Below, piece by piece: positions 37,703-48,241 of a stretch of DNA of 64,000 bases (position 1 is its first letter; each line of letters starts with the position of its first letter). The notes beneath the pieces are model-generated. The model did no database searches. It saw only the letters and a list, made by a program, of their open reading frames with translations, and was not told the origin of the DNA. The position numbers and the translations under genes are program-made. This DNA is from Flavobacteriales bacterium (lineage in GTDB: Bacteria; Bacteroidota; Bacteroidia; Flavobacteriales_F; PHOS-HE28): positions 17,844 through 81,843 of the forward strand of contig JBGTAJ010000048.1 in the NCBI GenBank assembly GCA_041749915.1, in the 5' to 3' direction.

Positions 37703-38251
37703 TCACTGCACAGCGGGAACTTCCTCCAGGATGAACGTCTCCCATTCCCGAGCTTCGGGACGATCGGCGAACAAGCGCCCCTTCAGGTCGCCCTCCAGAC
37801 CGAGGTCGGCGGTCACATAGCGGCCATCCGTCGTGCGCAGCACTTTGCGAGCACCATCAAAGGAGAGCAGTTCGAAGGTCTCCCAATCGCCCACCGTATC
37901 CCGGTTGGCGACCAACAGTCCTCCGATGCTCCGATCGGAAGAGACGAATTTGCCATTGGCCGCGCGGAAGGCCACCTTCCCTCCCCCCAGGTCCACCAGT
38001 TCAAAGGTCTCCCACTCCCCCGCTTCCGGACGATCTGCGATGAGGATCCCGGCACGCTCATCCTCAAGCCCCGCATTGCTGCTGACGTAGGTGTTGTTCG
38101 CTGCCTTGAGCGCAATCCTCTTAGGCAATTGCCGTGCGTCGGGTGCACGCTGTTCAATACCGGAATTCGGGGTCCCGGTACCGTTGCCGGTGCACGCGAC
38201 AAAGGCGATGGTCAGAAGGGTCATCGCCATCGCGTGGGCGTACGTTCTCAT
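37703..38251 (-). CDS. Fascin-like beta-trefoil lipoprotein
   Basis: Lipobox FVAC; three repeats of AL(K/R)A.NG..V...L.A(D/N)R...G.WETF. Confidence 0.8.
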   Translation of the reverse strand: MRTYAHAMAMTLLTIAFVACTGNGTGTPNSGIEQRAPDARQLPKRIALKAANNTYVSSNAGLEDERAGILIADRPEAGEWETFELVDLGGGKVAFRAANGKFVSSDRSIGGLLVANRDTVGDWETFELLSFDGARKVLRTTDGRYVTADLGLEGDLKGRLFADRPEAREWETFILEEVPAVQ

Positions 38252-38463
38252 CGGTCGGGTCGGTAATTGGCCGCGAATTTCGTGACTCTGCGTGGAAGTT
38301 CAACGCTCCGCATGCGGTCAATTGCGCAATGCGTTGCGCGTCCCGCTGTCAGGGCTTCCACCGAGCACACCATCGATCGGCCGGTAGGTGTTCGCCCTTG
38401 GCTTTGGCCCGGCGGTCACAGACGCTCCTCATCAGCGGTAACTTTGGCGCCTTCCCCATCAGC

Positions 38464-40503
38464 GTGTCCTTCCAGCTCATCTCTGAATTTACGCCCACCG
38501 GCGATCAGCCGGAGGCCATCCGCCAACTGGTGGAAGGCCTGAATGAAGGCGTCTCCGCACAGACCTTGCTCGGGGTCACGGGTTCCGGCAAGACCTTCAC
38601 CGTGGCCAACGTCATCGCCCAGGTCGACCGCCCGGCATTGATCCTGAGCCACAACAAGACCCTGGCGGCGCAGTTGTACGGGGAGTTCAAGCACTTCTTC
38701 CCCAATGACCGGGTGGAGTATTTCGTGAGCTACTACGATTATTATCAGCCTGAGGCCTACCTGCCCACCACGAACACCTATATCGAGAAGGACCTGTCGA
38801 TCAACGATGAGATCGAGAAACTGCGGCTGAGCGCCACCAGCGCCCTGCTGAGCGGTCGGCGCAATGTGATCGTGGTGGCGAGCGTGAGCTGCATCTATGG
38901 CATCGGCAACCCGGCGGAGTTCCACAAGACCATCCTGAAACTGGAGCGGGGCCAGAAGGTGACCCGCAACAAGCTGCTCCACGACCTGGTGGCCGCGCTA
39001 TACAGTCGCAAGGACGTGGATCCCACACGTGGCAATTTCAGGGTGCGCGGTGATGTGGTCGAGGTCTACCTGGCCTACGATGATGAAGGGGTAAGGATCC
39101 ACTTCTGGGGTGATGAGATCGAGCGCTTGGAGCGCTTCGAGATCGCCGGGAACCGGACGATCCAGGCCGAGGACCGGTTGACGATCTACCCGGCCAACAT
39201 CTTCGTCACCAGCCGCGATACGATGAACGCCGGTCTTGAGGCGATCAAGGCCGACATGTTGAAGCAGGTGGCGTTCTTCAACGAGATCGGCAAGCACCTC
39301 GAAGCCAAACGGCTTGAGGAGCGGGTGATGTATGACCTGGAGATGATGCGTGAGCTGGGCTACTGCTCAGGCATCGAGAACTACAGCCGTTACTTCGATC
39401 AGCGACAGACCGGCCAGCGGCCCTTCTGTCTGCTGGACTATTTTCCGGAGGATTTCCTCATGGTCATCGACGAAAGCCATGTGACCGTGAGCCAGGTGCA
39501 GGCCATGTACGGCGGTGACCGTTCCCGTAAGAAGAACCTGGTGGAATACGGTTTCCGCCTGCCCAGCGCCATGGACAACCGGCCCTTGAAGTTCGAGGAG
39601 TTCGAAGGCATGATGGGCCAGACGCTCTTCGTGAGCGCCACTCCGGCAGACTACGAACTAAGGCGCAGTGAGGGTGTGGTGGTGGAACAGGTGATCCGTC
39701 CCACGGGATTGCTGGACCCGCCGATCGAGGTGCGCCCGAGCCGGGACCAGATCGATGACCTGCTCTACGAGATCCGCCAACGGAGCCAGAAGGAGGAGCG
39801 TGTGCTGGTGACCACCCTGACCAAGCGGATGGCCGAGGAACTGAACGAGTTCCTGGGAAAGAACGGTGTGCGGAGCAAGTACATCCACAGCGATGTGGAG
39901 ACCCTGGAGCGCATCGAGATCCTGCGCCAGCTTCGTCTGGGGATGTTCGACGTGTTGGTGGGCGTGAACCTGCTGCGCGAAGGATTGGACCTGCCGGAGG
40001 TGAGCCTGGTGGCGGTGCTGGATGCGGACAAGGAAGGGTTCCTCCGCAGCAACCGCTCGCTGACCCAGACGGCGGGTCGTGCAGCGCGTAACGTGAACGG
40101 ACTCGTGATCTTCTACGCCGACAAGGTGACCGAGAGCATGAAGCGCACCATCGACGAAACGGGGCGCCGAAGGGAGAAGCAGCTGGCGTACAACATTGAG
40201 CATGGCATCACGCCCACACAGATCAAGCGCGACCGCGGTGAGGTGATGCGACAGACGGCCGTGATCGACATCCATGACGCCGACGGTCGACGGGCCTATG
40301 TGGAACCGGAGGAACTGAGCATTGCCGCCGACCCCGTGGTGAAGTACATGACAGCCGACCAACTGGAGAAGAACGTGGACGTGCTCGAGACCCAGATGCG
40401 CAAAGCCGCGAAGGAGCTGGATTTCATGGCCGCAGCACAGTTGCGCGACGAACTGTTCGCCATGCGCAAATTGCTGGAGGACCGAGGGAAGGTCTCCAAG
40501 TAA
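38464..40503 (+). CDS. uvrB: Excinuclease ABC subunit B
   Basis: PTGDQP, LLGVTGSGKT, YFVSYYDYYQPEAY, DESH, GRAARN, UVR domain; GTG start after TAACTTTG 38439-38446. Confidence 0.98.
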   Translation: MSFQLISEFTPTGDQPEAIRQLVEGLNEGVSAQTLLGVTGSGKTFTVANVIAQVDRPALILSHNKTLAAQLYGEFKHFFPNDRVEYFVSYYDYYQPEAYLPTTNTYIEKDLSINDEIEKLRLSATSALLSGRRNVIVVASVSCIYGIGNPAEFHKTILKLERGQKVTRNKLLHDLVAALYSRKDVDPTRGNFRVRGDVVEVYLAYDDEGVRIHFWGDEIERLERFEIAGNRTIQAEDRLTIYPANIFVTSRDTMNAGLEAIKADMLKQVAFFNEIGKHLEAKRLEERVMYDLEMMRELGYCSGIENYSRYFDQRQTGQRPFCLLDYFPEDFLMVIDESHVTVSQVQAMYGGDRSRKKNLVEYGFRLPSAMDNRPLKFEEFEGMMGQTLFVSATPADYELRRSEGVVVEQVIRPTGLLDPPIEVRPSRDQIDDLLYEIRQRSQKEERVLVTTLTKRMAEELNEFLGKNGVRSKYIHSDVETLERIEILRQLRLGMFDVLVGVNLLREGLDLPEVSLVAVLDADKEGFLRSNRSLTQTAGRAARNVNGLVIFYADKVTESMKRTIDETGRRREKQLAYNIEHGITPTQIKRDRGEVMRQTAVIDIHDADGRRAYVEPEELSIAADPVVKYMTADQLEKNVDVLETQMRKAAKELDFMAAAQLRDELFAMRKLLEDRGKVSK

Positions 40504-40650
40504 GGCCGCAAGCTGTCAGTCCTTTGCGCCGATCTGTAAGTATTTTCGTCGACGGTCGGGCCTGGACCTGACCTTACCGTACGATGACGAGCCGGTTGGT
40601 CCGTCATGTGTTAACTTTGAGTTTCCAACCAGAATCCCACCGTTCCGCTC

Positions 40651-42225
40651 ATGAAACACCTTTACACTACGCTGGCCATGGCCGTCTTCGGCCTCAGTCT
40701 GGGTGCAAGTGCACAGCTCTCCTTCGGAGGCCAACCCCGCGGCTTGTCCCCTAACGTCGATCTTCCTCAGGCACCTGTGGCCGTCATGCCGACCGTGGAT
40801 GCCGAGGCCCTGAAGGCCGAGGACGCCATCCGCGAGCAGCAGGGCATCAAGGGGCCCTACCGCTTCGGCTTCAATCATGCCACCGACCTCAGCCTGGACA
40901 ACAGTGGGGTGTGGCATACCAATGCTTCCGGCGAGCGGGTGTGGCGCGTTGCCATCCAGTGCCCACAGGCCTACAGCATCAACTTCGAGTTCCATGAATA
41001 TGTGGTCCCCGATGGTGCCGAGGTGTTCGTATACAACGACGCTGGTGAGCACATCGGCTCCTTCAACGCCGAAAGCAACCCCGGCCAAACGGTGCTGGGT
41101 GTGACCCAGTTGGCCGGTGAACGGATCACGGTGGAATATGTGGAACCTCTGGCTGTGCGCGGTCAGGGGCGTCTCCGCATCGGACAGGTGACCCATGCCT
41201 ACCGCGATATCATGGGCCTGGAAAAGGGATTGGGCGATTCCGGGTCCTGCAACAACAACGTCGTCTGCGCCGTGGGTGACAACTGGCGCGCGCAGATCCG
41301 TTCGGTGGCCATGATCACCGTGGGTGGAAGCGGTCTCTGCACCGGTACGTTGATCAACAACTGCGAAGAGGATGGAACACCTTACTTCCTCACCGCAAAC
41401 CACTGCCTGGGGGGGAACAATACCTGGGTGTTCCGCTTCAACTACAACAGTCCCTCGTGCATCCTGAACAACAACGGTCCCACCAACCAGACCGTGTCGG
41501 GTTCCACCTTGAAAGTGAACAGTGCCACCACCGATGTGGCCCTTTTGCAATTGAACACCACTCCGCCGACCAACTACAACGTGCACTACAGTGGTTGGGA
41601 CCGCAGCACCGCCATCCCCCAAAGCGCGGTGGGCATCCACCACCCGAGCGGCGACGTGAAGAAGATCTCCTTCGACAACAACCCGTTGACCACATCAGCC
41701 TACCTGGGCAATGCCAATTCCGGAACGAACTTCTGGCGTGTGGGGAACTGGGAGGACGGCACCACGGAAGGCGGAAGCTCCGGTAGCGCCCTGTTCAACC
41801 CGGACGGCCTGGTCATCGGACAACTCTATGGAGGCTTTGCGAGCTGTTCCAGCATCACGGCCGACTACTACGGTCGCTTCAACATCAGCTATCCCCTGTT
41901 GCAGAACTGGCTGGGGAACTGTGGCAACCAGCTGTTCGGCTTCCCATCCACGACCAGTGTGGACGAGAAGATCTCCGCAAACCGGGTCGGGCTCTTCCCC
42001 AACCCCACCAATGGCATGGTGACGGTGACCCTGCCGTTGACGATCCAAAAGGACGGACAGGTGAATCTGTATGACGCCTTGGGCCAGCGCATCCTCGAGC
42101 GGAACTTTCGCAGCGGTGCGGAGCGCCTGGAACTTGACCTGAGCGGCCGCAGCGAAGGAATCTACCTCGTGGAGGTGGTATCCGGCGGAACCCGGACCGT
42201 GGAGCGCCTGGTGCTGAACTACTGA
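40651..42225 (+). CDS. Lysyl-endopeptidase-type S1 protease with T9SS type A CTD
   Basis: TANHC/TDVALL/GTTEGGSSGS; FPNPTNG...GIYLVEV...ERLVL C-terminus. Confidence 0.92.
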   Translation: MKHLYTTLAMAVFGLSLGASAQLSFGGQPRGLSPNVDLPQAPVAVMPTVDAEALKAEDAIREQQGIKGPYRFGFNHATDLSLDNSGVWHTNASGERVWRVAIQCPQAYSINFEFHEYVVPDGAEVFVYNDAGEHIGSFNAESNPGQTVLGVTQLAGERITVEYVEPLAVRGQGRLRIGQVTHAYRDIMGLEKGLGDSGSCNNNVVCAVGDNWRAQIRSVAMITVGGSGLCTGTLINNCEEDGTPYFLTANHCLGGNNTWVFRFNYNSPSCILNNNGPTNQTVSGSTLKVNSATTDVALLQLNTTPPTNYNVHYSGWDRSTAIPQSAVGIHHPSGDVKKISFDNNPLTTSAYLGNANSGTNFWRVGNWEDGTTEGGSSGSALFNPDGLVIGQLYGGFASCSSITADYYGRFNISYPLLQNWLGNCGNQLFGFPSTTSVDEKISANRVGLFPNPTNGMVTVTLPLTIQKDGQVNLYDALGQRILERNFRSGAERLELDLSGRSEGIYLVEVVSGGTRTVERLVLNY

Positions 42226-42241
42226 TCGCACAGAACTGATG

Positions 42242-42284
42242 GAGGCCGATCGCCGGGATGGAACCCTGGTGGTCGGCCTTTTTC
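42242..42284 (+). terminator. Intrinsic terminator
   Basis: GAGGCCGATCGCCGGG...CCCTGGTGGTCGGCCTTTTTC hairpin with U tract. Confidence 0.7.
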
Positions 42285-42340
42285 ATTGCATCTGAACTGC
42301 GGCGCACGTTATTTTCACACCTTCTCCTGAGCCCTTCCCC

Positions 42341-44569
42341 ATGCTGCGAACCTTACTCGCCGTCAGCTTTCTGTTCACCCTTTCGGCCGCCTCCGCACAG
42401 ATCGCCTTCGGGGGCACTGCCCTGGGACTCCGGTCACGTGGGTTGATCCTGCCGGCCGCACCTGTGGTCGAGCTCCCCATGGTGGACGCGGAGGTCTTGA
42501 TGGCCGAGGATGAGGCCAGGGCTGCCGAAGGGATCAAGGGGCCTTTCCGTTTCGGTGCCAACCATTCCACGGACATCACCCTGGAGAACGCCGGTGTGTG
42601 GCACACCCTGCGCGGTGGTGATCGCATCTGGCGTGTGGCCCTGCACTGCCCCGGGGCATTCACCATCAACTTCAAATTCACCGAATACGTGATGCCCGAC
42701 GGTGCGAAGCTCTTCGTGTACAACGAGGCCGGGCAGCAGCTCGGAGCGTTCACAGCGGCCAGCAATCCCGGGCACCAGCGTTTGGGCGTCACCCAGTTGC
42801 CGGGTGAGCGCATCACCATCGAATACCACGAACCCTTCGCGGTGAGCGGTGAAGGCCGCCTGCGCATCGGACAGGTCACGCACGGCTATCGTGACCTGTT
42901 CAAGATCGCCCGCGACCTGGGCGATAGCGGGCCATGCAACATCAATGTGATCTGCCCGGAGGGGGACGACTGGCGTGATGAGATCCGCACCGTGGCCATC
43001 ATCACGGCGGGCGGCAACGGGTTCTGCACGGGAACCCTTTTGAACAATTGTGCATTGGACAGCATTCCCTATTTCCTGACCGCGAACCACTGCCTGGACC
43101 CCGATGTGGAGGATTGGGTGTTCCGCTTCAATTGGGACAGCCCCGTGTGCGACCCTACGGAGAACGGCCCCATCGACCAGACCGTTTCGGGCTGCGAACT
43201 GCTGGTGAGCAATGTGGGCACCGACATGGCCTTTCTGCGCCTGAACACCACGCCACCCGCGGAGTACAATGTCAACTGGGCGGGTTGGGACAAGCGCGAC
43301 ATCGCGGCCACCTCGGCGGTGGGCATCCACCACCCCAGCGGCGACATCAAGAAGATCAGCCGCACCGATGGTGCCCTGTCGCAGGCGGATATCGACCTGG
43401 GCACCGGGAATGCGGATTGCTGGCGCGTGGCCGTGTGGGATGCCGGTACCACGGAACCCGGAAGCTCGGGCAGTGCACTGTGGGACCAGAACCACCGCGT
43501 GGTGGGCCAGCTCTACGGTGGAGCGGCCAACTGCACCAACAGCGTGGATGATTACTACGGACGCTTCTCCACCAGCTGGCCCTTCCTGGAGGAATGGCTG
43601 GGCACCTGCGGCGATACGCTGGACGGACTGAACATCCCCTCGGTGGTGCCCATGAACTGGGATGCGGCCGTGACCTCGATCTACAACGTGCCGGAACTGG
43701 TGTGCAACAGCGATGTCATTACACCCTTCATCACCATCAAGAACAACGGCCTGATGTCCCTGACCAGCGTGGCCCTTTCCTATGGCGTCCCCGGTCAACC
43801 ACAGGCCAACACCTTCTGGACCGGTAGCCTGCAGCCCGGCGAGACGGTGAACCATCAGTTGCCTGCCATCTTCGTGGGTGCCGGTGAACACGTGCTCACG
43901 GTGAGCAGCAGTGCCCCCAATGGCTTTGAGGACCAGTTCATGGAGAACGACAGCTGGACCTTTGAATTCGTGGCCAACAGCCCCGGCCAGGAGGTGCTCT
44001 TCGACTTGATACTGGACGACTACGGCACCGACATCACCTGGACCCTGGAGACCGATAGCGGCACGGTGATCTACGAGGGCGGACCATATGCGGATGGACA
44101 GGACTGCGATCTGGTCTCGGTGCCCTTCTGCCTCACCAATGGTTGCTACACCTTCACCATCAACGACGCGCTTGCCGACGGCATCTGTTGCGACGCGGGT
44201 GAGGGGTCCTACAGCATCGGCATCGAGGGATGGGTGACCTTCGCGGAGAGCGATGGCCAGTACGGTGAGGGTGAGGTCCAACGCTTCTGCCTTGCGGAGG
44301 TCGCCGTGGCGGAGGTGGACGGTCGGGGATCCCTGCGGCTCGCGCCCAATCCATCGAGCGGACGCGTAAGGCTGGACCTGATCGGGCAGGAAGGAGCGCT
44401 TCTGCTGGAAGTAATGGACGTCTCGGGCCGCTCGTTGCTGGCCCAAGACCTGGCAGCGGGCACACGGACCACCTGGCTCGATCTCGGCGCCTGGGCCGAC
44501 GGCGTCTACCTCGTCAGCGTGCGGAATGCCGATGGTCGTTCGTTGCAGCGCCTGGTCCTTCAGCACTGA
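42341..44569 (+). CDS. Lysyl-endopeptidase-type S1 protease with CARDB-like domain and T9SS type A CTD
   Basis: TANHC/TDMAFL/GTTEPGSSGS; APNPSSG...GVYLVSV...QRLVLQH. Confidence 0.92.
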   Translation: MLRTLLAVSFLFTLSAASAQIAFGGTALGLRSRGLILPAAPVVELPMVDAEVLMAEDEARAAEGIKGPFRFGANHSTDITLENAGVWHTLRGGDRIWRVALHCPGAFTINFKFTEYVMPDGAKLFVYNEAGQQLGAFTAASNPGHQRLGVTQLPGERITIEYHEPFAVSGEGRLRIGQVTHGYRDLFKIARDLGDSGPCNINVICPEGDDWRDEIRTVAIITAGGNGFCTGTLLNNCALDSIPYFLTANHCLDPDVEDWVFRFNWDSPVCDPTENGPIDQTVSGCELLVSNVGTDMAFLRLNTTPPAEYNVNWAGWDKRDIAATSAVGIHHPSGDIKKISRTDGALSQADIDLGTGNADCWRVAVWDAGTTEPGSSGSALWDQNHRVVGQLYGGAANCTNSVDDYYGRFSTSWPFLEEWLGTCGDTLDGLNIPSVVPMNWDAAVTSIYNVPELVCNSDVITPFITIKNNGLMSLTSVALSYGVPGQPQANTFWTGSLQPGETVNHQLPAIFVGAGEHVLTVSSSAPNGFEDQFMENDSWTFEFVANSPGQEVLFDLILDDYGTDITWTLETDSGTVIYEGGPYADGQDCDLVSVPFCLTNGCYTFTINDALADGICCDAGEGSYSIGIEGWVTFAESDGQYGEGEVQRFCLAEVAVAEVDGRGSLRLAPNPSSGRVRLDLIGQEGALLLEVMDVSGRSLLAQDLAAGTRTTWLDLGAWADGVYLVSVRNADGRSLQRLVLQH

Positions 44570-44592
44570 TCTTCGCGATCGTCCGGGCCTGT

Positions 44593-45252
44593 TCAGTACT
44601 TGATCAGGTAGTACAGCAACTTCACGTATTCGTTGTTGACCATGAGCAGTCCCTCCTCACTGGTCCACCAGCGGTCGCTGTCATACACCAGGCTGTTCGC
44701 CGCCACGAAACGGAGGTGAACACCGCTTCCCGCGAAGCGTTTGCGGAACACGCGGGACACCCGCCGAAGGTGGAACTCCGTGGACACGACCAAGACGGTA
44801 TCGTAGCGCTGTTCCATGGCGTCGGCGTGGATCAGCGCGGCCTCCTCCCAGGTGCTGGTGCCTTTTTCGATCAGCCGTATCCGCGTGCTGTCGGCCCCGG
44901 CACGCAGCGCTGCCCGCTTGGACAGCACGGCCTCGTTGAGCATGATCCCCTCTCCTTCCATCACGCCGGGGATGTTACTTCCCGTGGCGATCATGGTGGA
45001 CGCCCAACCCTGCTGGAGCAGCTCCGCACCCTTGGCACCGCGTTCCCGGGGCGAGCCCCCCAGGACGTAGATCGCATCGGCATGCACCAAGGCATCCTCC
45101 TTGATCAACAGGGAACCGAAACCGTGCAACAGGGGGACCCGGAAGGCGAACAACAGCCCGATGAGGAGCAGTGGGATGAGGAACCACAGCACGCGACCGA
45201 GCAGGAACTCTCCGGTGCTCTGCAGAACCTGTTGAAGTGTTTTCGCCGCCAT
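44593..45252 (-). CDS. YdcF/ElyC (DUF218) family protein
   Basis: ADAIYVLGG, STWEEA, VSTEFHLRR, EYVKL. Confidence 0.88.
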   Translation of the reverse strand: MAAKTLQQVLQSTGEFLLGRVLWFLIPLLLIGLLFAFRVPLLHGFGSLLIKEDALVHADAIYVLGGSPRERGAKGAELLQQGWASTMIATGSNIPGVMEGEGIMLNEAVLSKRAALRAGADSTRIRLIEKGTSTWEEAALIHADAMEQRYDTVLVVSTEFHLRRVSRVFRKRFAGSGVHLRFVAANSLVYDSDRWWTSEEGLLMVNNEYVKLLYYLIKY

Positions 45253-45277
45253 CGCGCAAGTTCGGTCCCGCCCCCGG

Positions 45278-47356
45278 TCAATAGCTTCCACTGCGCCGAC
45301 GCAGGATCCATTCCAGCGAGAGCAGGGCGAGGATGGCGAAGAACAGGCCCCGCAAACTGATGAGGTCACTGTAGCGCGACCGCACATAGGAGCGCGCGAC
45401 GAGGCCCTGCTGGTCCTTGAGCACCTGGGTGAGCTCGTTCAGTTGAGCCGGATACAGCGTGCGTCCACCGGTGGTGGCGGAAAGGTCCGCAAGCAGGGCA
45501 TGGTCCGCCACGGTGGTGCTGCGCTCCAACATCGGCTCGTGCACGTGGAACACCCCGCTCCGGCTCAGTTTCCGGCCGTCGAGGTCCGCCGAGGCCGACC
45601 ATCGGTACGCCCCTGCGGCGAGCCGACCGGCATCCAGGCGATACGCGTTGCCCACCCGGTCGAAGACGTAGCTCAGCTCCTGGTCGGTGCTGTCCGTGAT
45701 GCGCAAGCGCACATCCGCCGTGTTGATGGCCTCGAGGTTGGCGTTGTAGAGCTCGGCGGTGAAGAGCACGGGCTCGTTGGCCTCGAACAGCGCGGCATGG
45801 TCCACCCGGAAGGGTTCCTTGCTCACCTTGAGGGCGAGGAACTGCACCGTGCGATGCAGGAGCTTGTCAAAGCGCGTGTGGTCGCCGTTCATGCGCAGAT
45901 CGGCCAGGCGCCAACGCCACAGGCCTTCACCCGTGATCACACCCATGCGCCGTTCACCCTCCTGCGTGAAGGCCATCAATGGTTGTGTGGTGCGCACCAT
46001 GCCGATCCGCTGGTGCAGCAGGACCTGGGCCGAACGACCGGCGGCATACTGCGCAAAGGGCACCTGCAGCGGCGGGAACCGTTCGATGGCGCGGATGAGC
46101 TCGTCCTCCAGCGTGAACAGCGCGAAGGTGCGGTCCATGGCAGGCAGCGCATCGGTCACCGCGGGCCTTCCGCCGGAAACGTCCACACCGGCGCGTGCGG
46201 CATCCAGTGCGGCCAGATCGCTGCCCTGGCCCGCGATGAACAGCATCGGGATCCCCTGTAACGCGGCGCGTTGCAGCAGGGCGGCCAGCGGCTGCCGGAT
46301 GGAGGGCAGTCCGTGCAACACCAAGAGGTCGGAACCGCTGAGGTCAACGTCCGGTCCGGTGGCGTAGGCCAGCTCCACTTCATAGCCTTCCATGCCTTGG
46401 AGGGCCTGGCGGATGGCGCCCAGATCGGGGTGCGGCGCGGCACCCAGCAGGATGACGCGCTGCCGGTCGTCCAGCACATCCACCACGAAGGCCTGCTCGT
46501 TGTTGGCCGTGGTCAGTTCACCATCCACCGGCACGATGCGCACCACGTACCGCTGCGGACCCGGCTGCTTGGAGTTGAGCTCCAGCACGAGCTCCGAGAG
46601 GTAGGGGTCACTGGTGATGGACACTTCGCGGCGCGCCTCGATGACGCCATCATGGGAGATGGTGACCTCCGTGCGACGCCCCTTGAGGTGGTGACCCTGC
46701 ACGCGCACCATTACAGGAAAGGCGTTGCCCATGTAGGTGATGCGGTTGTGCTCCACGGCCTTCAGCACCAGGTCGGGGCGTACGGTGGTATCGCCCAGCG
46801 CGATGGTGTGGATGGGAACGCCGAGCCGCGCGGCGTCGAGTCGTGGGTCGCGGCCCCGGTTGTGGATGCCGTCGCCGTCAAGGATCACCGCGCCCAGTTC
46901 CGATCCACCGACCCGGTCGTGGATCGTGCGGAACAGGTCGGACATGTCCGTGATGGCATCCTGCTGATCGAAATTCAAGCCGTCGGTGACCGCGGACCCA
47001 TAGGTGAAGGAACGCACATCATAGTTCTCAGAGAGGTCCTTTGTCAGCGTGGCCAGCGCTTCGCGATAGCTGCCGCGCAAGGCCGCCGTATCGCCCGCCA
47101 GCAGCAGGGATGAGGAACCGTCGTGCGCGATGACCACCACCGGCTTGCGCACCTCCCGTTCGTTGAACTGCAGCATCGGCTCCAGCAGGAAGAAGGCGAT
47201 CAGCGCGATGGTCAGGGTGCGGACCACGAACAGGACCTTGGCCAGACCGGCGGGCACATCGTTGCGGCCCCTGCGGTAGAGCAACCAGGCCATGAAGGCG
47301 CCCAGCATCAGGCAGGGGATCACCAGCCAAAGGGTATGTACCGTGGTCACGTTCAT
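45278..47356 (-). CDS. Membrane-anchored vWA-like protein
   Basis: Two N-terminal TMs, DGSSS, TDMS, DGDG.HNRG, G.WRWR, LEWILRRR terminal TM. Confidence 0.75.
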   Translation of the reverse strand: MNVTTVHTLWLVIPCLMLGAFMAWLLYRRGRNDVPAGLAKVLFVVRTLTIALIAFFLLEPMLQFNEREVRKPVVVIAHDGSSSLLLAGDTAALRGSYREALATLTKDLSENYDVRSFTYGSAVTDGLNFDQQDAITDMSDLFRTIHDRVGGSELGAVILDGDGIHNRGRDPRLDAARLGVPIHTIALGDTTVRPDLVLKAVEHNRITYMGNAFPVMVRVQGHHLKGRRTEVTISHDGVIEARREVSITSDPYLSELVLELNSKQPGPQRYVVRIVPVDGELTTANNEQAFVVDVLDDRQRVILLGAAPHPDLGAIRQALQGMEGYEVELAYATGPDVDLSGSDLLVLHGLPSIRQPLAALLQRAALQGIPMLFIAGQGSDLAALDAARAGVDVSGGRPAVTDALPAMDRTFALFTLEDELIRAIERFPPLQVPFAQYAAGRSAQVLLHQRIGMVRTTQPLMAFTQEGERRMGVITGEGLWRWRLADLRMNGDHTRFDKLLHRTVQFLALKVSKEPFRVDHAALFEANEPVLFTAELYNANLEAINTADVRLRITDSTDQELSYVFDRVGNAYRLDAGRLAAGAYRWSASADLDGRKLSRSGVFHVHEPMLERSTTVADHALLADLSATTGGRTLYPAQLNELTQVLKDQQGLVARSYVRSRYSDLISLRGLFFAILALLSLEWILRRRSGSY

Positions 47357-47491
47357 TGCGGGACAAAGGTCGGCGTTCGGCCCTCAACGCTGGTGCTCAT
47401 GCACAGAGGGTCATCATTCCGCAAGGCATGCTTCACCTCCGAAGGCATGCACGGGTCGCATGGCCGACTGAAGAGGAGCGCATGGCGATGC

Positions 47492-48241
47492 TCAGGTGAG
47501 CATTCCGCCGCAGACGTTGAGCGTCTGCCCGGTGATGTAGCCGCTGAGGTCGCTGCCGAGGAAGACGCAGGCGTTGGCCACATCGGCCGGAGAACCTCCG
47601 CGCTTCAAAGGGATGCCCTCGCGCCAGGTCTCCACCACCTTGGGGTCCAGTGCGCCGGTCATCTCGGTCTCGATGAAGCCCGGTGCGATGGCGTTGCTGC
47701 GTATGTTGCGGCTGCCCAGTTCCAGGGCCACGCTCTTGGTGAAGCCGATGACACCGGCCTTGCTGGCCGCATAGTTGGCCTGCCCGGCGTTGCCCTGCAC
47801 GCCCACCACGCTGCTCATGTTGATGATGCTGCCGCTGCGCTGTTTCAGCATGGTGCGCATCACCGCCTTGGTCATGTTGAAGACGCTCTTCAGGTTGGTG
47901 TTGATCACCGCATCCCAATCGGCCTCGCTCATGCGCATCAGCAGCTGGTCCTTGGTGATGCCGGCATTGTTCACCAGGATGTCCAGCCTGCCCCACGCGG
48001 CGACCACCTGGTCCACGGCCGCCTGTGCGCTGTTGAAGTCGCCTGCATCGCTCTGGATGGCCAGGACCTTGCGACCTGTGCGGCCGGCCAGTTCCTCTGC
48101 CAACGCGTTGGCCTTGTCGGGGCTGCTCACGTAGGTGAACGCCACGTCGGCGCCCTCCTCCAGGAATCGTTCCACGATGCCTTTGCCGATGCCACGGGTT
48201 CCACCGGTGACAAGGGCGACCTTTTGATCGAGTAGTGCCAT
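47492..48241 (-). CDS. fabG: 3-oxoacyl-ACP reductase
   Basis: TGGTRGIG, NNAGIT.D, GNAGQANYAASK, APGFIET. Confidence 0.96.
   Translation of the reverse strand: MALLDQKVALVTGGTRGIGKGIVERFLEEGADVAFTYVSSPDKANALAEELAGRTGRKVLAIQSDAGDFNSAQAAVDQVVAAWGRLDILVNNAGITKDQLLMRMSEADWDAVINTNLKSVFNMTKAVMRTMLKQRSGSIINMSSVVGVQGNAGQANYAASKAGVIGFTKSVALELGSRNIRSNAIAPGFIETEMTGALDPKVVETWREGIPLKRGGSPADVANACVFLGSDLSGYITGQTLNVCGGMLT

Noticed and set aside
38320-38338. Overlapping palindromes ATTGCGCAAT / GCGCAA-TGCG-TTGCGC upstream of uvrB as an SOS box
   Set aside because: They do not match a LexA motif I can support and are not repeated upstream of recN.
38134-38463. Apparent 110-aa N-terminal extension of UvrB
   Set aside because: Homology starts at GTG 38464 just after a TAACTTTG promoter; the extension overlaps the divergent lipoprotein gene.
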